Shown: positions 9,607-20,508, numbered from the stretch's first letter. The stretch is DNA of 56,639 nt from Candidatus Jordarchaeia archaeon (GCA_029856435.1 JAHQXB010000176.1:1-56639); one strand, 5' to 3'. Numbers and translations are program-made. The notes: generated by a model from the letters alone, not told the origin.

Positions 9607-10439
9607 AGAAGATGCCCAGAAAAATTAGGTTAACTTTGGACGAGATTATGTGCTCTGTCGCCTCAAGGGAGATTAGAGACTGGAATGTCGTCATAGTTGG
9701 CCACGGTTATCCTCTTCTTGCAGGCTACTTAGCCAAGAAGACTCACGCACCCCACGCCGTGCTAATTACGGAGTGCGGTTTGGTGGATCCAGATGTTTAC
9801 CGTCCCATGCAGCACCCAAACGATTTCTGCAGCACAAAGGGGGTTTCTATGTGTACTGATATACCTGACTTGTTTGCTTCAAACCTGTTTCGGGGATATG
9901 TTGATGTCGGTTTCCTGTCGGCTGCGGAGGTTGACAAGTATGGGAACATAAACACCTCCTACATTGGAGGGAAACACTTTGCAGGCAGTGGGGGAGCAAA
10001 TGAAATTGCGGGTTATGCCAAGAGAACAATCATTATGCTGAGACATGGAAAATTCGTTGAGGAATGTGAGTACATAACTACTCCGGGATACCTTGAGGGT
10101 TATGATTCACGTTACAAGGCGGGATTGCCGGAAGGGACAGGCCCCTCGATTCTGGTGAGCAGCAAGGGAGTTTTCCGTTTTGATGAGAAGACTAAAGAGA
10201 TGTACTTGGAGTCTTGCCATCCGGGTGTAACTGTGGAAGAGATTCAAAAGGAAATTCCTTGGAAACTTAAGATATCCCCTAACTTGAGGCAGACTTTGCC
10301 ACCCACAGAAGAGGAGCTTCGCATAATGAGGGAGTTTGCTCCAACAATATCACTCGGGCGATCCTTTTACGTGCAAATTATGATGAACTATATGCGAAAA
10401 TTCGTGGAGGACGCCCAAAAGGCAAAGTTGGGGAGCTGA
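9603..10439 (+). CDS. Class I CoA-transferase beta subunit (GctB-like) with catalytic Glu
   Basis: PHAVLITECG (Glu present), GFLSAAEVDKYGNIN, GSGGANEIA, HPGVTVEEIQ; overlaps the alpha stop codon. Confidence 0.92.
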   Translation: MKKMPRKIRLTLDEIMCSVASREIRDWNVVIVGHGYPLLAGYLAKKTHAPHAVLITECGLVDPDVYRPMQHPNDFCSTKGVSMCTDIPDLFASNLFRGYVDVGFLSAAEVDKYGNINTSYIGGKHFAGSGGANEIAGYAKRTIIMLRHGKFVEECEYITTPGYLEGYDSRYKAGLPEGTGPSILVSSKGVFRFDEKTKEMYLESCHPGVTVEEIQKEIPWKLKISPNLRQTLPPTEEELRIMREFAPTISLGRSFYVQIMMNYMRKFVEDAQKAKLGS

Positions 10440-10468
10440 AACAAGGGGAAACTGGGGGCAAAAATCTA

Positions 10469-12172
10469 TTGGAGTGTGGAAACTGGATAGACTTGTACGG
10501 AGACGCCATACTCAAGCCTTGGTACGAAATGGTAAACAAAAGTCCTTGGGTAGAAGAGAATAGGAGATGGCTAAAAGTTTTACCAAAAAGTTTTCCCAAA
10601 ACTTTGAACTACCCAGAAGTTCCCCTATTTGAAGTTTGCGACCAGGCAGCTTTAAGGTTTCGTAATAATATTTCCGTTTGCATGATACTCCAGGACCGAA
10701 AGTACTCCTATCTGGAGATGAAGTACTATAGTGATCAGCTTGCCTCAGCTCTACGCGACCATTTTAACATTGGGAAGGAAGTTTCAGTAGCAATCGATAC
10801 TTGGAATAGTCCCGAATTTGTTTTCAGCCTCTTTGGAGTAAACAAAACCGGAGCCTCGTGCACTCTAATAAACCCTCTATTGACAACAGAAGATATAGAA
10901 TATACTATTAACGACGCGGAAATAGTTGACACAATAATTGTGGACAGCAAAGTCTACCCTAAAGTTAAAGACATAAAAAAACTCAAAAATTTCATCATAG
11001 CAGGCCAAGAGGAAATACCGGGAACCATAAACTTCTGGAAACTAATAAGGGCTCATAAGCCCAAACCGCCTAGAGTAGAAATTGAACCCAAAGAAGACAT
11101 AGCGGCGCTAATATATACCGGAGGAACCACAGGTAGACCCAAGGGTGTTATGCTCACCCACTATAATCTAGTTGCAAACACCCTCCAGTGCGCCTACACT
11201 GGACAGCATCCCTTACAAGCACGATCAATGTTCGGAAGGGGAGTAACACTGATAACACTTCCCATATGCCATATTTCAGGGTATGTAATGCTACTTAATG
11301 CTGTCTATGAGGGCTCCATGCTGGTCATGGAAAATACCTTTGACCCCAAATACATTTGTGAAGCCATACAATGGTACAGGGTGACAAGGTTTCCAGTTGT
11401 TCCCACAATACTAGTTATGCTAATAAATTTCAAGGAAATAGCCAACTATGATCTCAGCTCTCTCACCCTCGTAGGATCCGGAGCCATGGCTTTAGCCCCA
11501 GAAATAGCCAACAAGTTCGAGGAGCTAACCGGTTTAAAGGTAGTTCAAGGAATGGGCCTCACAGAGTGCTGCGCAGCCGTACTCTCAAACCCCATTTGGT
11601 CACCCTCTCTCATAAAACCTGGAAGTGTAGGAATACCAGTTTTGGACACCGATGTTAAAATCGTTGACCCAGTTACTACGGAAGAGCTACCCGTGGGCCA
11701 AGAAGGAGAACTCTGGGTTAGAGGACCACAGTTGATGAAGGGATACTGGAAAAATCCCCAAGCTACAGAAGAGGCAGTTAAAAATGGCTGGATGCGCACC
11801 GGGGATTTAGCGGTGATGGATGAGGATGGCTACATCTATCTTTCTGGGAGGCTTAAAGATATCATAAAATATAAGGGTTACAAACTTTTCCCCGACGAAA
11901 TAGAAGCAAAATTGTATGAGCATCCCGCCGTAAAGGAGTGCGCAGTGCTTGGGATACCAAATCTAGTCTCAGGCGAAGAAATAAAAGCGTTCATAGTTCT
12001 CAAAGATGAATACCAAGGAAAAATAACAGAAAAGGAGATCATTAATTGGGCTAAGGACAAACTCGGTCCCATAAAATATCCCCGAATGGTAGAGTTTAGG
12101 GAAAGTTTACCAAAAACTCTATCTGGTAAAGTTTTAAGAAGAAAATTAAGAGAGCAAGAAATGCAAAAATAG
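10469..12172 (+). CDS. AMP-forming acyl-CoA synthetase (long-chain fatty acid-CoA ligase family)
   Basis: YTGGTTGRPKG P-loop, QGMGLTE, GWMRTGD, GRLKDIIK, PKTLSGK; true start may be ATG 10529. Confidence 0.95.
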   Translation: MECGNWIDLYGDAILKPWYEMVNKSPWVEENRRWLKVLPKSFPKTLNYPEVPLFEVCDQAALRFRNNISVCMILQDRKYSYLEMKYYSDQLASALRDHFNIGKEVSVAIDTWNSPEFVFSLFGVNKTGASCTLINPLLTTEDIEYTINDAEIVDTIIVDSKVYPKVKDIKKLKNFIIAGQEEIPGTINFWKLIRAHKPKPPRVEIEPKEDIAALIYTGGTTGRPKGVMLTHYNLVANTLQCAYTGQHPLQARSMFGRGVTLITLPICHISGYVMLLNAVYEGSMLVMENTFDPKYICEAIQWYRVTRFPVVPTILVMLINFKEIANYDLSSLTLVGSGAMALAPEIANKFEELTGLKVVQGMGLTECCAAVLSNPIWSPSLIKPGSVGIPVLDTDVKIVDPVTTEELPVGQEGELWVRGPQLMKGYWKNPQATEEAVKNGWMRTGDLAVMDEDGYIYLSGRLKDIIKYKGYKLFPDEIEAKLYEHPAVKECAVLGIPNLVSGEEIKAFIVLKDEYQGKITEKEIINWAKDKLGPIKYPRMVEFRESLPKTLSGKVLRRKLREQEMQK

Positions 12173-12267
12173 AAAATTGGAAGGTGATATGATTCTAAAA
12201 ATTTATCAAAGAGCTTTTCTTTATTATAAAATAAAAAATTATTCAATGTTAAAAAGGAGGGATTAAA

Positions 12268-13281
12268 ATGATAAAAACTAAACTAACAGAAATGCTAGGA
12301 ATAAAACACCCCATAATACAAGCGCCAATGGGACCCTTTTATACAACCAAGCTTGCAGCAGCGGTAACAAACGCAGGAGCACTCGGAATAGTATCGCATA
12401 CTAACCTCTTCGGCAAAGACCCCGTGAAAGAGATGGAAGAAAATGTTAAGTGGGTCGCAGAAAATAGTGAAGGACCCTTCGGAGTAAATATCAGAGTTGC
12501 CAGACTACAAATCGACGCCCCAGAACTAATCAAACTGGTAATAAGACTAAGAAAAGAAAACCCCGAGCTAAGAGAGCGACTAAAAGTAGTAATAACCTCT
12601 GCTGGAAACCCTAGACCACCGGCCACAGAATTCAAAGCCCACGATCCCGAACTAATACACTTCCACGTGGCTCCAACCCTTTATCATGCTCTGAAAGTAG
12701 ATTCACTATGCGACGGCATAATAGCCACTGGCTATGAGGGAGGAGGACATCAAAGCTATGAGGGAGTAAACACTTCAGTTCTCGTTCCTGAAGTGGTTGA
12801 AAAATGCAAGAAGCCAGTCGTAGCTTGTGGAGGCTTCTTTAATGGGCGGGGCCTTGCTGCCGCCCTAGCTATGGGCGCGGTGGGTATTCAGATGGGCACC
12901 CGCTTTATAGCGACTAGGGAGTGTGAATTTCACCAGAATTATAAAGAGTTCATTGTGAGGTCGAAAGATTCCGACACTGTTGTTACCCAAGGAATGCTGG
13001 GACCCATTAGGCTGCTTAAGAACAAGTACACGGAGGAGCATAAAGAGATTTTGACCAAAGAGGAAAAAATAGAGTTGGAGCAGAAACTGGACTTAGAGAA
13101 GCTTATTGAAGATCAAAAGAAATACGAGTTGGTATATCAGGGGGAGGTCGAGAGGGGCCCAGTACTTTGCGGGGAGTCCTGTGGTGGAGTTAATGATATT
13201 CCAACAGTGAAGGAAATTATTGAAAGGACAGTCAAGGAAGCAGAGGAAATACTTAGGGGAATCGGAAAACTTGTTGTATAA
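12268..13281 (+). CDS. Nitronate monooxygenase/FabK/IpdC-like FMN oxidoreductase
   Basis: HPIIQAPM, PFGVN, GYEGGGH, GLAAALAMGAVGIQMGTRF. Confidence 0.92.
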   Translation: MIKTKLTEMLGIKHPIIQAPMGPFYTTKLAAAVTNAGALGIVSHTNLFGKDPVKEMEENVKWVAENSEGPFGVNIRVARLQIDAPELIKLVIRLRKENPELRERLKVVITSAGNPRPPATEFKAHDPELIHFHVAPTLYHALKVDSLCDGIIATGYEGGGHQSYEGVNTSVLVPEVVEKCKKPVVACGGFFNGRGLAAALAMGAVGIQMGTRFIATRECEFHQNYKEFIVRSKDSDTVVTQGMLGPIRLLKNKYTEEHKEILTKEEKIELEQKLDLEKLIEDQKKYELVYQGEVERGPVLCGESCGGVNDIPTVKEIIERTVKEAEEILRGIGKLVV

Positions 13282-13452
13282 TGGCGTCGCATTGCGCTTT
13301 CCCAGTTCAATTTCCAATATTTACGTTTTGTGGTAATTGATGATGCGTCTATGATTGTCAAGAGTTGAAACAAAATTGGTTTATAACGCCCTTTTATTTT
13401 ATTGTAACTGGAATTTATAATAAAGTAATTCCAACTTTTTGGAGGAAACTTA

Positions 13453-14424
13453 ATGGGCAAAAAGCTTCTTGTTACTGGTATGGATTTTCTTCTGGATTGG
13501 GTTAAGCAGCACATAAAAAGTGCGGAAATCGTTTGTACGTCGAATGTTTCTGAGGAGAATCTATGCCGCATGGTTGAGGATGCTGATGGTATACTATATA
13601 TGCAAGCCTTGAATTATCCCATTACCCGGAAAATTATTGAATCTGGTAAAAAGTTGAGGTTCATAAGTTCGGCGGGTGTGGGGTATGAACGCATCGATGT
13701 TCAAGCCGCCACGGATAATGGGGTGGTGGTAATGAACATGCCTGTGGGTACCACTGTGTCTGTGGCGGAACACACTGTGGCTTTAATACTGGCGTGTGCA
13801 AAGAATCTGGTCAAGGCCCACGAAAACGTGGTTAAGGGGGGATGGAGACTCCTAGCCATGGGTGTTGAACTGTGGAATAAAACTTTGGGAATAATTGGTT
13901 TTGGCAGAATAGGTAGAGAAGTGGTTAAAAGGATGAAGGGATTTGAAATGAATATCTTGGTGTATGACCCATACGTGGAGGAGAACGAAATCAGAAATAT
14001 GGGGGGCAGAAAAGTGGACTTGGAAACACTGCTTAAGGAGTCGGACATAGTCTCAATTCACTCACCCTTAACCAAAGAGACCGAGGGACTAATAGGCGAT
14101 GAAGAACTGAAATTAATGAAACCAACAGCTATCTTGGTAAACACCGCCAGAGGAGAACTAGTGGATGAAGATGCGCTTGTTAAGGCGTTGAAGGAGAGAA
14201 GGATAAGTTATGCGGGTCTGGATGTTTTTCGGCAGGAACCCCTAAATAAGGATAATCCCCTACTAACCTTGGACAATGTTGTTCTGACGCCACATATGGC
14301 GGTTCAAACACTTGACGCTGTAATTAGAATGATGAATCAAAACGGTATTCAAGTCGAAAAGGCTTTAAATGGAATTTATGAAAATGTGGTAAACCCCGAG
14401 GTTTTAACGAAATTGAAAAAATAA
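13453..14424 (+). CDS. D-isomer-specific 2-hydroxyacid dehydrogenase (SerA-like, no ACT domain)
   Basis: GVGYERID, VAEH, GIIGFGRIG, NTARG, LDVFRQEP, LTPHMA. Confidence 0.93.
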   Translation: MGKKLLVTGMDFLLDWVKQHIKSAEIVCTSNVSEENLCRMVEDADGILYMQALNYPITRKIIESGKKLRFISSAGVGYERIDVQAATDNGVVVMNMPVGTTVSVAEHTVALILACAKNLVKAHENVVKGGWRLLAMGVELWNKTLGIIGFGRIGREVVKRMKGFEMNILVYDPYVEENEIRNMGGRKVDLETLLKESDIVSIHSPLTKETEGLIGDEELKLMKPTAILVNTARGELVDEDALVKALKERRISYAGLDVFRQEPLNKDNPLLTLDNVVLTPHMAVQTLDAVIRMMNQNGIQVEKALNGIYENVVNPEVLTKLKK

Positions 14425-14441
14425 CTTGGAGGTATAAGTAA

Positions 14442-16361
14442 ATGAGTTTAGAGGTTGGACTGGATGCTCCTGGAAAAAAGGTTCTTTTGATGGGAAACGA
14501 GGCGGTTGCTAGGGGAGCATTGGAAGGAAACTGTCAGTTTGCTGCTTCCTACCCCGGAACACCTGCTTCGGAAATATTGGAGACTATGGCTCGTTTGGCA
14601 AAGGATTTTGAAATATACGCTCAATGGTCAACGAATGAGGCGGCTGCTTTCTGGGCTGGAGCTGGAGCCACTTATTGCGGCTTAAGATCTATGGTTTCGG
14701 CGAAACATCATGGAGTAGCGTGGATGACCGATCAACTTATCCACATTTCTCACTGGCAAATTGGTAAAGGCGGGCTCGTCATAGTGATTGGAGACGATCC
14801 GAAGGGACATAGTTCAGCTAACGAGTATGATTCTAGGAATCTGGCATCTAGAGTTTTTGAGATTCCCATTTTGGAGCCTGCAGATCCTCAAGAATCCAAA
14901 GAGTTTACTAAAATGGCGTTCGACTTTTCAGAAAAACTAAAACTCCCCATATATGTGAGGATGACCACCAGAGTATGCCACGCAAGTGGGGATGTGCTTC
15001 TGGGAGAGATTCCCAAAGAAAAGAGAGTTCCCAGCTATTATCCCACATTCTTTGAATTGGGAATGGAAATGCTCATGGCAAAGGGATGGGTGGATGTATC
15101 TTACCTACACGAAAGATTGCACACAAAAAAGCTAAAAGAAGCCGCCGAAATATCAGAAAACTTTCCAGGCAACAAATTGGAGATGAGTGGAGACGAGGAG
15201 ATAGGGATAATTGCGTCTGGGGTTTGTCGTCACTATGTGGAAGAGGCTGTGGATAAGCTCGGAGTTAAAGCAGCGTTCCTGCACTTGGGCATGTCTTTTC
15301 CCCTGCCCAAAGAGAAGGTGTCCAAACTCCTAAAATCCGTTAGTAAAGTAATAGTTTTTGAGGAGACAGACCCAGTCATCGAAACTGAGGTTAGAACATT
15401 GGCAAAGGACGAATCTTTGGGTGTCGAAATCTTGGGTAAAAGAAATGCGTTTACTCCCATCTCTGGCGAATTAAACCCCTTAGATGTTATGGTTGTGCTT
15501 TCAAAAGCCTATGGTAAACCTATCCCCACAGTTCCGGAAAGGAAGGAACTTAGGGAAATGATTAAGCCCTATGAGGGAATGAGGAGAATAGTTTTGTGTG
15601 CCGGGTGTCCCCACAGAGCATCCGCATATGCAGTGAAGCTGGCGGCTAAAACCTTCAAAGGAGGATCCTATATTGGAATAGGGGACATTGGTTGCTATGG
15701 CATGATGGGACCCCCGCCCCTTATGGCCTTCACCCTAACCAACTGTATGGGGGGAAGCATTGGACTGGCAAATGGTATAGCTAAAGCGGGAATAGACCAA
15801 CCAGTGGTAGCATTCATAGGGGACTCCACGTTCTACCATGCAGGTATACCTCCTCTGATAAATGCCACCTTCAACAACGCCAAATTTACCACAATTGTTC
15901 TAGATAACCAAGTAACTGCATTAACCGGTTTTCAACCCCACCCCGGATCCGGATTCACCGCTATGGGCGATAAAACTAAACCGGTGAAGATAGAGGATAT
16001 AGCAAGGGCATGTGGAATAGAGTTTGTAGAAGTAGTGGATCCATATAATATCAAAAAGGCGGCTGAAGTCATTAAGGCGGCTTTTGAGCATCCCAAAGCG
16101 TCCCTTGTAATATGTAGGAGGCTGTGTTCAACAGAGGCTCTAAGAAGGAGAAGAAGCGAGGGATTACCGCCACCAAAGCCCTTCATGGTAGACCCAGATT
16201 TGTGTAATGGATGCAAAATATGTATAAATGAGTTTGGTTGCCCAGCAATGATCTGGGATGAGAAGACAAAGAAGGTATCAATAGATGAAACTCTGTGCAT
16301 AGGTTGTGCAGTCTGCACCCAAGTATGTCCAGAAAAAGCCCCAAAAGCAGTCAAGGAGTGA
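14442..16361 (+). CDS. iorA: Indolepyruvate:ferredoxin oxidoreductase alpha subunit
   Basis: MGNEAVARGA, YPGTPASE, LCAGCPHR, GDIGCY, GDSTFYHAG (TPP), two C-terminal 4Fe-4S motifs. Confidence 0.95.
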   Translation: MSLEVGLDAPGKKVLLMGNEAVARGALEGNCQFAASYPGTPASEILETMARLAKDFEIYAQWSTNEAAAFWAGAGATYCGLRSMVSAKHHGVAWMTDQLIHISHWQIGKGGLVIVIGDDPKGHSSANEYDSRNLASRVFEIPILEPADPQESKEFTKMAFDFSEKLKLPIYVRMTTRVCHASGDVLLGEIPKEKRVPSYYPTFFELGMEMLMAKGWVDVSYLHERLHTKKLKEAAEISENFPGNKLEMSGDEEIGIIASGVCRHYVEEAVDKLGVKAAFLHLGMSFPLPKEKVSKLLKSVSKVIVFEETDPVIETEVRTLAKDESLGVEILGKRNAFTPISGELNPLDVMVVLSKAYGKPIPTVPERKELREMIKPYEGMRRIVLCAGCPHRASAYAVKLAAKTFKGGSYIGIGDIGCYGMMGPPPLMAFTLTNCMGGSIGLANGIAKAGIDQPVVAFIGDSTFYHAGIPPLINATFNNAKFTTIVLDNQVTALTGFQPHPGSGFTAMGDKTKPVKIEDIARACGIEFVEVVDPYNIKKAAEVIKAAFEHPKASLVICRRLCSTEALRRRRSEGLPPPKPFMVDPDLCNGCKICINEFGCPAMIWDEKTKKVSIDETLCIGCAVCTQVCPEKAPKAVKE

Positions 16362-16368
16362 AAAGGTA

Positions 16369-16956
16369 ATGAAGAAAAACTTTGACATACTAATAGCAGG
16401 AGTAGGGGGACAGGGAGGAGTTCTAACTTCCAGAATAATAGGAGACGCAGCAATTGAAGCAGGCTACCATGTAACTGTGGGCGAAACATTTGGAGCCAGC
16501 CAAAGAGGAGGCTCTGTCATAACCCACGTTCGACTGGGGAGAGAAAGAATTTACGGTCCACTCATACCCGAGGCGAGTGGCGACGCAGTGATTGGGTTGG
16601 AGCCACTTGAATCACTTAAATGTGCAGTGAAGTTCCTTAAACCCAACGGGATAATAGTGACCAATGAACGCCCTATACTGCCGCCGGACAAAAACTATCC
16701 GGAGCGGGATAAAATATTCGAATCCGCGAGGAAAATTCCCGCACAACTGTTCTCACTCGACAGCGTCAAACTGGCTAAAGAAGCGGGGGACATACTATCG
16801 TCAAACATTGTTATGATAGGCGCAGCCTATGCGGTAAAGGCACTCCCCATAGAAGAGGAATATTTGAAGAACTCCATCCGAAGTAAGCTCCCCAAAGCAG
16901 TCGACTTAAACCTTAGAGCATTTGAATTAGGAAAAAAGGCGATGGAGAAGAAGTGA
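16369..16956 (+). CDS. iorB: Indolepyruvate:ferredoxin oxidoreductase beta subunit
   Basis: GVGGQG, ETFGASQRGGSV..HVR, NIVMIGAA; follows iorA; ATG 16369. Confidence 0.93.
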   Translation: MKKNFDILIAGVGGQGGVLTSRIIGDAAIEAGYHVTVGETFGASQRGGSVITHVRLGRERIYGPLIPEASGDAVIGLEPLESLKCAVKFLKPNGIIVTNERPILPPDKNYPERDKIFESARKIPAQLFSLDSVKLAKEAGDILSSNIVMIGAAYAVKALPIEEEYLKNSIRSKLPKAVDLNLRAFELGKKAMEKK

Positions 16957-18395
16957 TGCCTGAAGAAAACCGGATTACACAACAACTCACTCCCCTTTTT
17001 AAACCGTCCTCGGTTGCCATAATAGGAGCTTCCGCCACCCCCATGAAGTTCCCTACTTGGATCACATCCACCGCCCTAAAAAGCAGTTTCCAAGGCAAAA
17101 TGTATCTTGTGAATCCCAGAACCAAAGAAATCCAGGGAATAAAAACCTACCCCAGCATATTAGACATTAAGGATAACGTGGACCTCGCGGCAATAATAAT
17201 ACCCGCGGACCTAATTCCAGGAGTGATGGAGGAATGCGTTGAGAAGGGTGTTAAAGCTGCAATCATATTTTCTTCGGGTTTCAGAGAAATAGGAGAAAAG
17301 GGAATAAAAAGGGAGGAGGAAATACTCAGAATAGCTAGAAGAGGAAATATTAGGCTGGTTGGCCCCAACTGCATGGGAATATACAGCTCAGAAGTAAACC
17401 TCACCCTATCCATAATTTCATTTAAGGAAAAGGGAGAGATTGCATTCATAACCCAGAGTGGCGGCTACGGTATCGAGATATGCTCCTCGGCTATGTCTAA
17501 AGGCATAAATTTTAGCAAGTTCATAAGCGTGGGCGATAAAATAGATATCCAAGACTATGAGTACCTGGAGTACCTTTACCAGGACCCGGACACCAAGGCT
17601 ATAATGATGTATATAGAGGGAATAGAGAAGGGTAGGGAATTCCTAAACACTGCAAAGAAGGTAACCCGAAGAAAACCCATATTCGCAATAAAAATTGGAA
17701 GAACAATAGAAGGCAGCAGAGCTGCAAGCTCCCACACTGGAGCACTAGCTGGAAAAGACGCCCTATACGACGCAGTCTTCAGGCAGAGCGGAATAATAAG
17801 AGCATACGATATAGAAGAACTCTTCGACTATCTGAAAGCTTACCTGACTCAACCCCTACCAAAAGGAAACCGTGTGGGATTACTTGTGGGAAGCGGTGGG
17901 GTGGGCTGCGCAGCCACAGATAAATGCGTAGAATTGGGGCTGCAGGTTCCAGAGATAAGCGAAGAGAACAAAGAAATGTTAAGAGCCATTTTGCCCGAAT
18001 TCGCATCCGTAAGGAATCCAGTGGACTTCACAGCATCTGGAGCCCAAGGAATATTCACAAACACCCAAGTGCTCAAAAAGCTCTTCGCAGACCCAAACAT
18101 TGACGCCTGGTTTTTCGGAGGATTCACCAGCTCATCCATAGCAGAAATAAAGGACATAATAGAACAATTCAGACCAGCCATAGACAAAATAAATTCCAAA
18201 GATTTAATGGGAGAAATCAAAGTGCCATTAGTGGGATCCATGGATGAAAACGATATAGTTAGGCCAATTATGGAAAAAATGTTCGGAGCAATATTCTACC
18301 CAACACCCGAAAGAGCAATACGAGCACTATCCGCACTATACCGATATGGAAAATACTTGGGAGGGAAGGAAGCCGAAGATTCCACTTTTAAATAA
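16953..18395 (+). CDS. acdA: ADP-forming acyl-CoA synthetase alpha subunit
   Basis: SVAIIGAS, GPNCMG, TQSGG, SHTGALAG (phospho-His), NPVDFT, YPTPERA; overlaps iorB stop. Confidence 0.92.
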   Translation: MMPEENRITQQLTPLFKPSSVAIIGASATPMKFPTWITSTALKSSFQGKMYLVNPRTKEIQGIKTYPSILDIKDNVDLAAIIIPADLIPGVMEECVEKGVKAAIIFSSGFREIGEKGIKREEEILRIARRGNIRLVGPNCMGIYSSEVNLTLSIISFKEKGEIAFITQSGGYGIEICSSAMSKGINFSKFISVGDKIDIQDYEYLEYLYQDPDTKAIMMYIEGIEKGREFLNTAKKVTRRKPIFAIKIGRTIEGSRAASSHTGALAGKDALYDAVFRQSGIIRAYDIEELFDYLKAYLTQPLPKGNRVGLLVGSGGVGCAATDKCVELGLQVPEISEENKEMLRAILPEFASVRNPVDFTASGAQGIFTNTQVLKKLFADPNIDAWFFGGFTSSSIAEIKDIIEQFRPAIDKINSKDLMGEIKVPLVGSMDENDIVRPIMEKMFGAIFYPTPERAIRALSALYRYGKYLGGKEAEDSTFK

Positions 18396-18491
18396 AATCT
18401 GTGAGCCAACAGTGGTGCCACTCCACTAGACAATTTTTCAGCTATACACTCCCTAAAACATTTAATCATAGGAACAGTTTAAAAGGGCATT

Positions 18492-18599
18492 GGTGATGTA
18501 GATTAGCCCGATTCTACCCCTCGTTTTGAGGCTCTAAATCGGAAAAGAAGCCCTATAAACGCTTCCTTCGAAGACGAAATCGAACGAATCTACACCCCG
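18492..18599 (+). mobile_element. MITE-like element, copy 1 (108 bp)
   Basis: Imperfect TIRs starting GGTGATGTAGA; perfect 10-bp direct repeat AAAGGGCATT at 18482-18491 and 18600-18609. Confidence 0.85.
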
Positions 18600-18628
18600 A
18601 AAGGGCATTCAGGATAATGGCGTTATTA

Positions 18629-18851
18629 GTGATAGAACGGAGTTTATTGTGATTTTACTGACATAGAAGGAAAGGATTACCTGGCTTTCTGCCCCACGCT
18701 TCCAGGATGCTTCTCTCAAGTTGACACCAGAGAGGAGTCTTTGGAAAAAATCAAGCCATAGAGGGCATGTATTGAGAGCCTCAAAAAGGAAGGCTTACCG
18801 GTGCCAGTTGACACGAAGCCTGAAGTAGCATCAGTGAAAGTCTATGACTGA
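18629..18851 (+). pseudogene. hicB: HicB-family antitoxin pseudogene (frameshifted)
   Basis: Joined frames read EFIVI..EGKDYLAFCPTLPGCFSQVDTREESLEKIK/AIE/ACIESLKKEGLPVP, the typical short HicB; about three frameshifts. Confidence 0.8.
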
Positions 18852-18912
18852 CATACTCCCACAGCTAAACACTCATACGCTAAAGCGCTTTAGACGAAGG
18901 ATGAAAACCTAA
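18844..18912 (+). pseudogene. Possible truncated HicA toxin remnant
   Basis: ATG overlaps the hicB stop (ATGACTGA); MTDILPQL, then AKAL in a shifted frame, resembling HicA N-termini. Confidence 0.4.
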
Positions 18913-19469
18913 AGCTTTTTTCATGATAAATTATTACTATGAAACTAATTGAAAAACAACATTTTCCCCTTCGGTAACCTAAAAGTAATTACTATTACAA
19001 CCTTGCCCCTTAAAATGCCTGTAGGTGCCGAAACCATTACCACCTATGAAAATAAGTTAATTCGTTTACAAAAAGTTCCAAAGGAAATTCTGGAACTTTA
19101 GTTCTGGAATGAATTTTTGATGAATTTGAATACGGCAAAAAGGAAAAAATGGAATAAACATATGCGCCATCATAAGAGAGGACACGTAAACGGGATGTAT
19201 GGCGCACCTATTGGATGTTTGAATATGAGCTTCAAAGAATGCCTCGCCTTTAATCGCCTATGCACTACCCACATTATGGGTAATTTTTCTCTCCCGGATT
19301 TTATATGTGTGCGATACTTTTATCTGCAGGAACAGGAAACTATGCATTTTCCACACAAAGTTAGAGAAAAACAATTACTCCTACCACTTATGGGTAACGC
19401 ATAGCTTTAGTCGCAGGGAGTGTCAATAAATTAGTACCGCAATATAAAAATAGGGGGATGGGGAGGGTT

Positions 19470-20423
19470 TTAGCTTAGGGCACTCATTATTATTCCTGCG
19501 AGTTCTTCTCTTGGGGGCTGTTTTGCTATTAGTTCTTTTAGTTTCGGCCCTATTTCTTCCGGTTTCCAGAATCCTTTTGGGGAGCGTTTTACGGGCTCGC
19601 TGGATCTCCAGCTGTGCAGTAGCCACATGTTTCCGCCGACTACTCTTATCACTTGGCCGGTTACGTCTTTAGCGTCGTCGGAGGCTAGGTAAACTACTAG
19701 GGGAGCCATGGCTTCGGGACTTAGGACGTCGTATCCATACTTCTTTTCGAAGTCCTCCTTGGTTCCCATCATGGGGGCCAGTGAGGGTGTGGCTTCGGTT
19801 GTTAGTCTGGTGCGGGCTACGGGTACTATCACATTTGCTGTTACCCCATATTTCGCCATTTCTTTGGCTACTATGAGGGTAAAGGCGGTTATTCCGGCTT
19901 TTGCGGCTCCGTAGTTGCTTTGGCCCGGGTTATATAGTAGCCCAGCGTCGGAGGTGGTGTTTATTATTCTTCCGGCTACGGGTTTTCCTTCTTTGGACTG
20001 GGCTCTCCAGTAGTTGCAGGCGTGTCTGGTGCAGTTGAAGGTGCCCTTGAGGTGAACCGCTATTACTGAGTCGAATTCTTCTTCTTCCATGTTGAATATC
20101 ATTTTGTCTCTGAGGATTCCCGCATTGTTAACCAGTATGTCCAATTTGCCGAAGGTGTTGATGGCTTGGTCAATTATTCTTTTTGCTCCTTGGAAGCTTG
20201 TGACGCTTTCGTAGTTGGGGGCGGCTTCTCCTCCCATTTTCTTGATTTCGTTTACTACATCGTCGGCGGGGCCGTGAAATTCGCCTTTTCCATCGTGGCT
20301 TCCGCCCATATCGTTCACTATGACTTTTGCCCCGTGTTTTGCTAGAAGTAAGGCTTCTTCTCGTCCTAAACCTCTTCCAGCGCCAGTAACTATAGCTACT
20401 TTACCTTTAAGTGATATTGGCAT
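19470..20423 (-). CDS. SDR oxidoreductase, MFE-2-like (paralog 2)
   Basis: Close paralog of 3192-4142 with the same motifs; ATG 20423 with GGGTGA upstream. Confidence 0.93.
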   Translation of the reverse strand: MPISLKGKVAIVTGAGRGLGREEALLLAKHGAKVIVNDMGGSHDGKGEFHGPADDVVNEIKKMGGEAAPNYESVTSFQGAKRIIDQAINTFGKLDILVNNAGILRDKMIFNMEEEEFDSVIAVHLKGTFNCTRHACNYWRAQSKEGKPVAGRIINTTSDAGLLYNPGQSNYGAAKAGITAFTLIVAKEMAKYGVTANVIVPVARTRLTTEATPSLAPMMGTKEDFEKKYGYDVLSPEAMAPLVVYLASDDAKDVTGQVIRVVGGNMWLLHSWRSSEPVKRSPKGFWKPEEIGPKLKELIAKQPPREELAGIIMSALS

Positions 20424-20508
20424 TTTTACATCACCCTGAAAGGCAACTATTAATGAGTCGATTACCATTTAGATAACTGATTCATAAGCATTTCGTCTAC
20501 TTTAAGAG

